Assembly: GCA_016209035.1 (NCBI GenBank)
Contig: JACQWX010000126.1
Span: 16,288 to 80,287, forward strand
From: Elusimicrobiota bacterium
Lineage (GTDB): Bacteria > Elusimicrobiota > Elusimicrobia > UBA1565 > UBA9628
Length of the DNA: 64,000 nt
Direction of reading: 5' to 3'
Positions 53,278-61,268 of the stretch are shown one piece after another (the first letter of the stretch is position 1; every line of letters starts with the position of its first letter). Both the position numbers and the translations under genes were made by a program. Below the pieces are notes generated by a model that had not been told where the DNA came from, did not search any database, and saw nothing but the letters and a program-made list of their open reading frames with translations.

Positions 53278-53901
53278 TTGGGGATGCCTTCACTCACTGA
53301 AGTCGCGAGGGTCGCCGGGCTCGTCGTCTTGAGCTACCTGCTCGGGGGGATACCGACCGGCTATCTCGCGGTGCGCTGGCTTCGAGGCATCGACATCCGG
53401 GAGCACGGCTCCGGCAACCCAGGGACGGCCAATGTCTACCGCATCGCGGGTGTCGTGCCCGGGGTCATCACCCTCGTAGTGGACGGCCTCAAAGGCTTCG
53501 TGCCCGTCATGCTGGCCCAGCGCTTCTTCCCTCACCAAGCAGTCGTCATGATGCTGTGCGGGGCGGCCGCCATCATCGGGCACGACTGGACCGTCTTCCT
53601 CGGCTTCAAGGGCGGCAAGGGCGTGGCCACCTCCGCCGGCGTGTTCGCGGCCATGATGCCCAAGCCCCTGGCAGCCGCCGTGGCGGCATTCATCGTCGGA
53701 TACGCCGCCTCCGGCCACATCTCGGTCGGCTCCATAGCCGCGGCTGCCGCCCTGCCGGTCTTCAACCTCGTCTTCCAGACTCCGCTCCCTTTCACGGCCA
53801 TGGCCGCGGCCGCGGCCGCGCTGATCCTCTTCAAGCACCTGCCCAACATCAAAAGGCTCCTTGCGGGAAAAGAGCTTTTTCTCCATGAAAAAAAGTATTA
53901 A
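53278..53901 (+). CDS. plsY: glycerol-3-phosphate acyltransferase PlsY
   Basis: LLGGIPTGYLAVRWLRGIDIREHGSGNPGTANVYRIAG...GHDWTVFLGFKGGKGVATSAG. Confidence 0.9.
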   Translation: MGMPSLTEVARVAGLVVLSYLLGGIPTGYLAVRWLRGIDIREHGSGNPGTANVYRIAGVVPGVITLVVDGLKGFVPVMLAQRFFPHQAVVMMLCGAAAIIGHDWTVFLGFKGGKGVATSAGVFAAMMPKPLAAAVAAFIVGYAASGHISVGSIAAAAALPVFNLVFQTPLPFTAMAAAAAALILFKHLPNIKRLLAGKELFLHEKKY

Positions 53902-54892
53902 AATCACGGTGTTAGGCGGAGGTGTCTGGGGCACGGTCTTGGCCCAGCATCTCGCGAAGAACCGCAGGGTCTGGCTTTGGGAGATACTGAAGGACGTCGA
54001 GCAATCCCTTCGCAAACGCAGGCGCCATCCGCACATCCCGGGACTGCGCCTGAGCGAATCCGTCAAGGTCGTCTCGCATCTTCCGGAAGCGGTGAAGGAC
54101 GCGAGCGTCTTGGTCTTCGTCCTGCCCTCGGCCCACGTCCGGCACACGGCCCGGGAAGCGCGCCGCGACTTGGGGCACGCCTTGCCCCTGATCGTGAGCG
54201 CCTCCAAGGGGATCGAGCCCAGGACGCTCCTGACCGTCGGAGAGATGATCGCCGAGGAGATCCCGGAGTGCGGCCGCGGGATATACACCCTCTCAGGCCC
54301 GAGCTTCGCCAAGGAAGTGGCCATGGGAGCGCCGACCAAGCTCGTGCTCGCCGGGCCCGCCGGGCCGCGCGCGCGGTTCCTGCGCTCCCTCTTCAACCAC
54401 CGGCCCATCGTGGTGGAGCAGAGCCGCGACCGCAAGGGCGTGGAGCTCGGCGGCTCGCTCAAGAACGTGCTGGCCATCGGGTGCGGCATCCTCGACGGCC
54501 TGGCCAAGAAGCCCGGCAATCCCTGCGGCATCAACACCAAGGCGGCCCTGTTCCTCGAGGGCATCAAGGAGATGGGGCGCCTCATCTCGCGCATGGGCGG
54601 CCGGCGTCAGACCGCCTTCTGGCTGGCCGGCATCGGGGACCTCATCGCCACCGGGACCTCGCCGCAGTCGCGCAACCGGGCGCTGGGGGAGAAGCTCGGG
54701 GAGGGCAAGCCTCTGGGCGAGGCCCAGGACGAGATCGACGAGGTGGTCGAGGGGATCGACACCTCCTTGAGCGCCCACGACCTGGCCGCCAAGGCGGGCG
54801 GGGAGTACCCGCTCTTCCACTCCATCTACAGGATCCTCCACCTTGGGGCCCCTCCCCAGAGCGTGCTCGAGGCCTTCGGATTTAGATCATGA
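53885..54892 (+). CDS. gpsA: NAD(P)H-dependent glycerol-3-phosphate dehydrogenase
   Basis: ITVLGGGVWGTVLA; LSGPSFAKEVA; GGSLKNVLAIGCGILDGL; overlaps plsY. Confidence 0.9.
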   Translation: MKKSIKITVLGGGVWGTVLAQHLAKNRRVWLWEILKDVEQSLRKRRRHPHIPGLRLSESVKVVSHLPEAVKDASVLVFVLPSAHVRHTAREARRDLGHALPLIVSASKGIEPRTLLTVGEMIAEEIPECGRGIYTLSGPSFAKEVAMGAPTKLVLAGPAGPRARFLRSLFNHRPIVVEQSRDRKGVELGGSLKNVLAIGCGILDGLAKKPGNPCGINTKAALFLEGIKEMGRLISRMGGRRQTAFWLAGIGDLIATGTSPQSRNRALGEKLGEGKPLGEAQDEIDEVVEGIDTSLSAHDLAAKAGGEYPLFHSIYRILHLGAPPQSVLEAFGFRS

Positions 54893-55497
54893 GCAAGGAC
54901 AAGAACCCCCCGGACAAGAACCCTCCGGACAAGACTCCGCCGGAAGAGGGCACCCCCGAGAAGGAGGTGCGGATCTATTCCTTGGCCACCACGGCCAACG
55001 AGTGCATCATCTTCCTTGAGGAGCTCGGCGGCAACCGCCTCCTGCCGATCTGGATCGGCATCGCAGAGGGACAGGCCATCGCCATCCGGTTCTCGGGCAT
55101 CGTCCTGCCCAGGCCGCTCACGCACGACCTTCTGCTGGCCACCGTCACCGCCGTGGGCTTCACGGTGCATAAAGTGGTGGTCCACGACATCCGGGAGAAC
55201 ACCTTCTACGCGAGGGTGCTCATCAAGAAGGGCGCCCAGTCGCTGGCCGTCGATTCCCGCCCGTCCGACGCCATCGCGGTGGCCGTGCGCGCCGGCTGTC
55301 CGATTTTCGTCGAGGAGAAGGTCTTCGACCGCTGCCAGACGCTCACCAAGCCGATCACCGAGGACGAGGTCAAGAGATTCAAGTCGGAACTGAAGACCTT
55401 GAAGCCCGAGGACATCTTCGGGGACCTCAAGAAGAAGAAAGAGGAAGGGCCCGAGAGCCGCAAAGAAGACGAGAAAGACGAGGAGGCCGACAGCTAG
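54889..55497 (+). CDS. bifunctional nuclease family protein (BFN/DUF151) with acidic/lysine-rich tails
   Basis: core ...IRFSGIVLPRPLTHDLL...LAVDSRPSDAIAVAVRAGCPIFVEEKVF. Confidence 0.65.
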   Translation: MSKDKNPPDKNPPDKTPPEEGTPEKEVRIYSLATTANECIIFLEELGGNRLLPIWIGIAEGQAIAIRFSGIVLPRPLTHDLLLATVTAVGFTVHKVVVHDIRENTFYARVLIKKGAQSLAVDSRPSDAIAVAVRAGCPIFVEEKVFDRCQTLTKPITEDEVKRFKSELKTLKPEDIFGDLKKKKEEGPESRKEDEKDEEADS

Positions 55498-55511
55498 TCG
55501 GGAACGATCCC

Positions 55512-55775
55512 ATGAACAGACTCGACATCATCAAAGCCGTGGCGAAAGTCCTTTCGACCAAAGGGGAGGCGGCGAAGGCCGTCGAGACGACCTTCGAGAC
55601 GATCCGCGAAGCCCTCAACCGCGACGAGAAGGTGGTGGTCTCGAATTTCGGGACCTTCCGCGTCAGGCGGCGGGCCCAGCGCACCGGCCGCAACCCGAAG
55701 ACCGGCCAGCAGGTCGCGGTCCCTCCGCGCAAGGGCGTGCGGTTCAAGGCGTCCAAGAACCTGCTCAACCCTTAA
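55512..55775 (+). CDS. HU-family DNA-binding protein
   Basis: MNRLDIIKAVAKVLS...FGTFRVRRRAQRTGRNPKTGQQVAVPPRKGVRFKASKNL. Confidence 0.9.
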   Translation: MNRLDIIKAVAKVLSTKGEAAKAVETTFETIREALNRDEKVVVSNFGTFRVRRRAQRTGRNPKTGQQVAVPPRKGVRFKASKNLLNP

Positions 55776-55798
55776 GGCCCGCCGCGACGGGGACGCTC

Positions 55799-56161
55799 GT
55801 GCTGTCTACCCTGCCGGACAAGGATTTCTTCTCCATGGGGGAGGCCTCGCGCTTCGCCCAGGTGTCCGCCCACACCCTCAGGTACTGGGAATCGCGAGTG
55901 ACTGCGCTGCGGCCCAGCCGCCTGCCCAGCGGCCACCGCCGCTACACGCGCTCCGACATCGAGACCATCCTGTCGATCAAGGACCTCCTAGAGCGCCGTG
56001 GGCTCACCCTCGACGGCGCCCGGCGCGCGCTGAGACGGGGGAGGCGTTTCTCCGCCCTCGCTCGCGAGGGCGGAAGTCCTGAGTTGTCGGGCAAGGCCAT
56101 GAATACCCTATCCGAGGTGAAGAGGGATCTGCGCAGCCTCATGGAGGAATTGTCCAGATGA
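55799..56161 (+). CDS. MerR-family transcriptional regulator (start possibly Met at 55835)
   Basis: HTH FSMGEASRFAQVSAHTLRYWESR...RLPSGHRRYTRSDIE. Confidence 0.7.
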   Translation: MLSTLPDKDFFSMGEASRFAQVSAHTLRYWESRVTALRPSRLPSGHRRYTRSDIETILSIKDLLERRGLTLDGARRALRRGRRFSALAREGGSPELSGKAMNTLSEVKRDLRSLMEELSR

Positions 56162-56210
56162 ACTATTTTCATCTGGAACAACATCAAGAGAATTTCGTTT
56201 AATCAGACGA

Positions 56211-56282
56211 CGGGGACTGGCTCAATGGTAGAGCGCTCCTTTGGGGTGGGAGAGACTCCGGGTTCGATTCCCGGGTCCCCGA
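56211..56282 (+). tRNA. tRNA-Pro (anticodon GGG), no encoded CCA
   Basis: manual cloverleaf: acceptor CGGGGAC/GTCCCCG, anticodon arm CTCCT-TTGGGGT-GGGAG, T-arm CCGGG-TTCGATT-CCCGG. Confidence 0.8.
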
Positions 56283-56346
56283 CGGATTTCGAGGGGAACG
56301 GCAACGGCCTAAGCCCCCTCGGCTACTCGCCTCCCCGTGGGGGAGG

Positions 56347-56419
56347 CGAGTGACACGGGGTATAGCTCAATTGGCAGAGCGCTTGGTTCGGGACCAAGAG
56401 GTTCTCAGTTCGACCCTGA
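56347..56419 (+). tRNA. tRNA-Pro (anticodon CGG), no encoded CCA
   Basis: acceptor CGGGGTA/TACCCCG, anticodon arm CTTGG-TTCGGGA-CCAAG, T-arm CTCAG-TTCGACC-CTGAG. Confidence 0.8.
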
Positions 56420-56430
56420 GTACCCCGAAG

Positions 56431-56730
56431 CTTTCGAGCATGGCCGAAGAAGTCAAGGTCGAACGCGTCAGGACCGTCGTGTACGGCCGGGTCCAGGGGA
56501 TCGGCTTCCGGTGGTTCGTGCGCGACAGCGCTTCGGACCTGCGGTTGTCGGGCTGGGTGCGCAACAGACCGGACGGCTCCGTGGAGTTCGAGGCCGAAGG
56601 CGCGGCCGACTCCCTGGAGCGCCTGCACGCGGCCGTGCGCTCCGGCCATCCGTACGCGCGGGTGGACCGCGTGGAGTCGTCCCGGATCGCGTCCCGGGGA
56701 AAGAAGGGGACTTTCGACATCGTCACTTGA
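56431..56730 (+). CDS. acyP: acylphosphatase
   Basis: VYGRVQGIGFRWFVRDSASDLRLSGWVRNRPDGSVEFEAEG; ORF 56350-56730 is an artefactual 5' extension running into the tRNA. Confidence 0.85.
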   Translation, partial: LSSMAEEVKVERVRTVVYGRVQGIGFRWFVRDSASDLRLSGWVRNRPDGSVEFEAEGAADSLERLHAAVRSGHPYARVDRVESSRIASRGKKGTFDIVT

Positions 56731-56751
56731 CTGCTAAGGAACCACTTCGAC

Positions 56752-57801
56752 ATGGTTGAGCCCACTACGGACACGATCAGCCAGTACTTCAAGAGCATCC
56801 AGAAGCTGCCCCCGGCGAGCCGCGAGGAGATCCACGACCTGTGGAAGAAGGCCAAGAAGGGCGACCGCGCCGCCAAGACCCGCATCATGGAGATCAACCT
56901 GCGGCTCGTGGTGCCCATCGCCAAGAAGTACCACCGCCAGGGCATCGACTTCCTCGACTTGATCGAGGAGGGGAACCTCGGCCTCATGCACTCCATCGAC
57001 AAGTTCGAGCCCAAGAAGGGCTACCGCTTCTCCACCTACGCTTCCTACTGGATCGAGCAGTCCATCCGCCGGGCCGTGGAAGAGCAGTCCAAGACCATCC
57101 GCATCCCTCCGCACGCGTGGGAGGCCCTGCGCAAGTGGCTCAAGCAGTGGGAGAAGATGCACGCCATGCTCGGGCGCGACCCGACCTTGGCCGAGATGGC
57201 GCGCAAGATGCACTGGACCGCCCGGCAGGTCCGGGGGGTGCTCGACGCCGCCGAGGCCGCCCGCGGCATCGGCTCGCTCGAGACCCCGGTGGAGAGCGAG
57301 GACGAGAACATCACGGTCGAGGACATGATCTCCGAGTCCGACCAGAAGTCGCCGGAGAACCTCATCTCGGTCCTCAAGCTCCACGACGAGCTCAACCAGG
57401 CCTTGAAGGAAATAGGCGAGCGCGAGCGCATGATCCTCGAGTTCCGCCACGGCCTCACCGGCCAGACGCCCATGACGCTCGAGGAGGTAGGCCGCCGCCT
57501 GCGGCTCTCCCGCGAGCGCATCCGCCAGATCGAGGAGCGGGCGCTCCTGCGCCTCCGGCGCGTGGCCAACCGCATGGGCTTGATCGAGGTGAGCGAAGGC
57601 CGGCCGCTGGGCACCCCCAACCTCCAGCCGGGCTGGGACACGCCCAAGCTCAAGACCGACATCCTCGGCCAGACCATCCCGGCGGGCCGGCGCACCGCGC
57701 CCCGCTCGGAGTCCGGACCCCAGTTCATCCGCAGGAAGCCCCGCCAGCTCTTCTTCACCCAGCCCCAAGCCAAAGGTGGACGCAAGAAAAAACGACCATG
57801 A
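56752..57801 (+). CDS. RNA polymerase sigma-70-family factor (RpoD/RpoS-like) with a basic C-terminal tail of about 65 aa
   Basis: region 2 DLIEEGNLGLMHSIDKFEPKKGYRFSTYASYWIEQSIRRAV; region 4 TLEEVGRRLRLSRERIRQIEERALLRLRR; tail ...RRKPRQLFFTQPQAKGGRKKKRP. Confidence 0.85.
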   Translation: MVEPTTDTISQYFKSIQKLPPASREEIHDLWKKAKKGDRAAKTRIMEINLRLVVPIAKKYHRQGIDFLDLIEEGNLGLMHSIDKFEPKKGYRFSTYASYWIEQSIRRAVEEQSKTIRIPPHAWEALRKWLKQWEKMHAMLGRDPTLAEMARKMHWTARQVRGVLDAAEAARGIGSLETPVESEDENITVEDMISESDQKSPENLISVLKLHDELNQALKEIGERERMILEFRHGLTGQTPMTLEEVGRRLRLSRERIRQIEERALLRLRRVANRMGLIEVSEGRPLGTPNLQPGWDTPKLKTDILGQTIPAGRRTAPRSESGPQFIRRKPRQLFFTQPQAKGGRKKKRP

Positions 57802-58328
57802 CCAAGACCTCCGCGATGGACCTCAAGTCCTTCATCGAAGACGTCCCGGACTTCCCGCAGAAGGGCGTCATCTTCAAGGACATCACGCCTCTTTTGGCCG
57901 ACGCCAAGGCCTTCGACGAGACCGTGCGGCGCATGGCCGAGCCGTGGGAAGGCTCGGGCATCCTCGCGGTCGCCGGCATCGAGTCCCGCGGGTTTTTGCT
58001 GGCGGCGGGCGTCGCCTTGAAGCTCGGCGCGGGCGTGGTGCCGGTGCGCAAGAGAGGCAAGCTCCCGCGCGCGGTCTACGCCGAGAGCTACTCCCTGGAG
58101 TACGGGACCGCGACCTTAGAGGCGCACCAGGACGCATGCCCCAATGGAGCGAAGGTCCTGCTCGTCGACGACGTCCTGGCCACCGGCGGCACGGCCCAGG
58201 CCGCGCTGGGCATCCTCGAGCGCATCGGCGGCCGGGTCGTGGGGGTGTCCTTCCTCATCGAGCTGGGCTTCCTCAAGGGCCGGGACCGCATCAAGGGCTA
58301 CGACGCCCGCGCCCTCATCGCGTACTGA
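57798..58328 (+). CDS. apt: adenine phosphoribosyltransferase
   Basis: PRTase motif VLLVDDVLATGGTAQAA; ATGA overlap with the sigma-factor stop. Confidence 0.9.
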   Translation: MTKTSAMDLKSFIEDVPDFPQKGVIFKDITPLLADAKAFDETVRRMAEPWEGSGILAVAGIESRGFLLAAGVALKLGAGVVPVRKRGKLPRAVYAESYSLEYGTATLEAHQDACPNGAKVLLVDDVLATGGTAQAALGILERIGGRVVGVSFLIELGFLKGRDRIKGYDARALIAY

Positions 58329-58500
58329 GGCCCAGGGCGCGGACAGGATCGCCAAAAGCGCCTCCCTGCGGAACATCCTGGTCCACGACTACAACGACGT
58401 GGACCGGAGAATTCTGCATTCCTCCATCAAGTCCTGCATCCGCGACTACAGGAGGTACTGCGAGTACCTCCTGGCCTTCCTAAGGTCACGCAATACGTAG
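58329..58500 (+). pseudogene. C-terminal fragment (about 56 aa) of a HepT/DUF86-family HEPN RNase toxin; N-terminal half missing
   Basis: ...DRIAKSASLRNILVHDYNDVDRRILHSSIKSCIRDYRRYCEYLLAFLR carries the R-x4-6-H HEPN motif (RNILVHDY); the upstream part of this frame only overlaps apt. Confidence 0.45.
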
Positions 58501-58526
58501 ACCAATTTGGTATCATCACCGTCCCA

Positions 58527-58598
58527 GCCCCGATAGCTCAATGGATAGAGCTACTCCGTCCTAAGGAGAAGATGGAGGTTCGATTCCTTCTCGGGGCA
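58527..58598 (+). tRNA. tRNA-Arg (anticodon CCT), no encoded CCA
   Basis: acceptor GCCCCGA/TCGGGGC, D-arm GCTC-AATGGATA-GAGC, anticodon loop GTCCTAA (one A.A mismatch at the stem base), T-arm GGAGG-TTCGATT-CCTTC. Confidence 0.75.
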
Positions 58599-58606
58599 CG
58601 CTTCCC

Positions 58607-59155
58607 ATGGATTTCGACCTGGTCTTGAAGAACCTGCTGGAAGGCTTCGACCGCCTGAAGATCAGGTACGCGTGCGCCGGGGGCTTCGCCCTGGGCGCGC
58701 TCGGGGCGGCCAGGCTGACCAAGGACCTGGATTTCCTGGTCCACAAGGACGACCTCCTCAGCCTCGACCTGCTGATGACGAGCCTGCGATACCGGAGAAT
58801 CTTCCAGAGCGAGAACATCGCCCAATACGCGGGAGAGACCGTACCGTGGGGCTACGTGGACTTCATCCACGCCTTCCGGCCCCTGGCCCTTCAGATGCTC
58901 TCCGAGGCCCTGGTCAAGTCGATCTGGGACGGGACGGTCCGCATCCGGGTGCTCAGGCCCGAGGACGTCATCGGCCTCAAGGTCCAGGCCCTGGCCAACG
59001 AACCCGAGAAGAGGGGTCAGGACGCGGTGGACATCGAGAGCCTTGCCCTGGCGAACCGCGAGACCCTGGATTGGGAACGAGTGGCGAAATATTATAGACT
59101 GTTCCACTTGGATGCCAAGTTCGAGGAGATGAAAAAGCGTGTCCGAGCCTATTAG
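58607..59155 (+). CDS. nucleotidyltransferase-fold protein (AbiEii / uncharacterised NTase toxin-like), TA-associated
   Basis: YACAGGFALGALGAARLTKDLDFLVHKDD matches the minimal NTase GG.A..hG..R.T.DlD motif. Confidence 0.45.
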   Translation: MDFDLVLKNLLEGFDRLKIRYACAGGFALGALGAARLTKDLDFLVHKDDLLSLDLLMTSLRYRRIFQSENIAQYAGETVPWGYVDFIHAFRPLALQMLSEALVKSIWDGTVRIRVLRPEDVIGLKVQALANEPEKRGQDAVDIESLALANRETLDWERVAKYYRLFHLDAKFEEMKKRVRAY

Positions 59156-59363
59156 CGAAGAGGAGCAGCGCCAATGGCGCGAGGCCGCGGCCTCGGAATC
59201 CATCCGGCGCGATTTCGAGACCGTGCGGGAGAATGTCCGCAGGTCCACCAAGGCGATGACGCTCGATGAAGTCATCGAATTCCTCACCAGCGCCAGCGCC
59301 GCCTTCGACCACCCCAGGCCCCAGCGCAAGCGATTCGATCCCTCCACCCGGTTCCTGATATAG
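59139..59363 (+). CDS. small hypothetical protein (74 aa) overlapping the NTase gene end
   Basis: ORF only; acidic/Arg-rich; no domain recognised. Confidence 0.3.
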   Translation: MSEPISEEEQRQWREAAASESIRRDFETVRENVRRSTKAMTLDEVIEFLTSASAAFDHPRPQRKRFDPSTRFLI

Positions 59364-59365
59364 GC

Positions 59366-60019
59366 ATGGGCAAGCAATGGGCGAAGCAGCAGATCAAGAG
59401 GAACGAGCTCCAGGAGTTCGTAGAGACCGCCATCGACTGGGTCGCGGCGCATCGGGACAAGGTCCTCTTCGGGGTCGTCGCCTTCGTGCTGGCCGTGAGC
59501 CTGGCGGGGTTCGCGTACTTCCGCAGGGAGAAGTCCAAGTTCGAGGCCTGGGACCGCCTCTCCATCGCCCAGGCCTACGCCTTCACCGGCCGAGTCGACG
59601 ACTCCTTGAAGCAGCTCGCCGAGATCGAGAAGGACTATTCCTCATCGGACGCCTCGGGCTTCGCCGCCGTGTTCGAGGGGGACGTCCTCTACCGGAAGGG
59701 CTCTTATAAGGAAGCGGCCGCAAGCTACGCCAAGGCTCTCGCCCAGGGGGACCGCAGGCTCGAGCCCCTGGCTTTGGCCGACATCGGCATGGCCCAGGAG
59801 GCCGCCGGCCTCTACGCCGAGGCCAAGGAGACCTCCCGCCGGTTCCTGGACTCCTTCCCGGACCACTTCATGGCGCCCCAAGTCCACGCCTGCCTGGCCC
59901 GGTCCCTGGGCTACCTCAAGCTGACCGACGAGGCCCGCGCAGCCTATCAGAAGATGACGCTCCAGTACCCGGACACCTTCTGGGCGACCTGGGCCCAAGC
60001 CCGGCTCCAGGGCAAGTGA
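59366..60019 (+). CDS. membrane-anchored TPR-like protein (YfgM/YbgF-like architecture)
   Basis: N-terminal TM VLFGVVAFVLAVSLAGFAYF followed by helical-repeat/TPR-like sequence. Confidence 0.55.
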   Translation: MGKQWAKQQIKRNELQEFVETAIDWVAAHRDKVLFGVVAFVLAVSLAGFAYFRREKSKFEAWDRLSIAQAYAFTGRVDDSLKQLAEIEKDYSSSDASGFAAVFEGDVLYRKGSYKEAAASYAKALAQGDRRLEPLALADIGMAQEAAGLYAEAKETSRRFLDSFPDHFMAPQVHACLARSLGYLKLTDEARAAYQKMTLQYPDTFWATWAQARLQGK

Positions 60020-60088
60020 TTTCACCCCTGGGCAAGAATCCCCCCTACTTTATTTGCCTGTAGGCAAAATTAGTAGTACAATCCCATC

Positions 60089-60974
60089 GTGATAGATCGC
60101 TATCTTCAGCCGCAGGTCCTTCAGGATCTGCAGCGCAAGATGGTTTTCGTCGGCGGGCCGAGACAAGTCGGCAAGACTACGCTCGCCAAGTCCCTGTTGG
60201 GTCCTGACCAATAGGTTCGGGGGGGACTCCCTCCAAGGAAGATACCACTATCTGAGGCTGCATCCCTTTTCCGTCGCGGAGCTCAAGCTCCGCGGCGGAA
60301 ACGACTTGGAGCAGCTGTTCACCTTCGGGGGATTCCCGGAGCCATTCCTGGGCGGCTCAGAGGTCCAAGCCAAGCGCTGGTCCAGGGAATACCGCTCCAG
60401 GCTCATCCGCGACGACCTCTCCAACCTGGAGAGGGTCAACGACCTCGGCAAGATGGAACTTCTCATGCTGAGGCTCCCGGAGCTCGTGGGCTCTCCCTTG
60501 TCGGTCAACGGCCTGGCCGAGGACCTCCGGGCCAGCCACAAAGCGGTCAGCCATTGGCTCGACATCCTGGAGCGCCTCTACGCCGTGGCGCGGCTCTCAC
60601 CCTTCGGCCCGGCCAAGATCCGCGCCGTGAAGAAGGAGCGCAAGCACTACCATTACGACTGGTCGCTCATCAAGGACCCAGGCCCCCGTTTCGAGAACAT
60701 AACCGCCATGCACTTGCTCAAGTGGGCGCACTTCCAGCAGGACAGCCTCGGCCTCGACGTCGAGGTCCGCTATTTCCGCGACGTGGAGGGCCGGGAGGTG
60801 GATTTCGTCGTCCTGGAGGAAGGCAAGCCTTCTCTCCTTAATAAAGTGCAAGACCGGCGACGCGCCGCCCTCCCCGAGCCTGCGCTACCTGAAAGCCCGC
60901 CTGAGCCCCTGCCCTGCGCCTGCTGGAGACCCTGGCATGACCCCACCGGGGGATACTGTGGACAGAGTGGATAA
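60089..60974 (+). pseudogene. AAA-family ATPase with DUF4143 domain, disrupted (stop after the P-loop fragment, internal deletion plus frameshift, divergent C-terminus)
   Basis: N-fragment MIDRYLQPQVLQDLQRKMVFVGGPRQVGKTTLAKSLLGPDQ* (60089-60214); downstream in another frame ..RYHYLRLHPFSVAELKLRGG...FGGFPEPFL...VDFVVLEEG (DUF4143-like); the middle Walker-B part is absent. Confidence 0.6.
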
Positions 60975-61180
60975 CAGGACCCCCTTGACAGAAACGGGCC
61001 GACCTGCTATATATCTGGGCCTTCGGCCCATGGGGGACCCAGGGGCCGGGATAATCGAAAATAAGTGTTGACAAGGAAAACAAGGATTTGCAAGAATTTG
61101 CCCCTCGCTGGAGGAAAGGCCGACTGCCCCACCCAAGACGCCGGGGCGACGGGCCGGACTCCGGAGAGGCAAGTCGTGAG

Positions 61181-61235
61181 CCCCGCCGGTTGCGGGGTTG
61201 CGAATGAGACCCCCGCCACGGGCGGGGCTTGCGAA
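61181..61235 (+). promoter_or_regulatory. two tandem GC hairpins each followed by TTGCGAA in the 5' UTR of the porin-like gene
   Basis: ccccgc-cggtt-gcgggg TTGCGAA ... ccccgcc-acg-ggcgggg cTTGCGAA; an RBS (aaggagg) follows at about 61250; candidate -35 TTGACA at about 61067. Confidence 0.45.
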
Positions 61236-61268
61236 AACAAGCTAAAGATGCAAGGAGGTAGCAAAACG

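Noticed and set aside
53290-54594. 434-aa minus-strand ORF antisense to plsY/gpsA
   Set aside because: Antisense G+C artefact opposite two highly conserved housekeeping genes.
56350-56430. 5' extension of the acylphosphatase ORF (MTRGIAQLAERLVRDQEV...)
   Set aside because: It is the translation of tRNA-Pro(CGG). The real acyP start is the Met at 56431.
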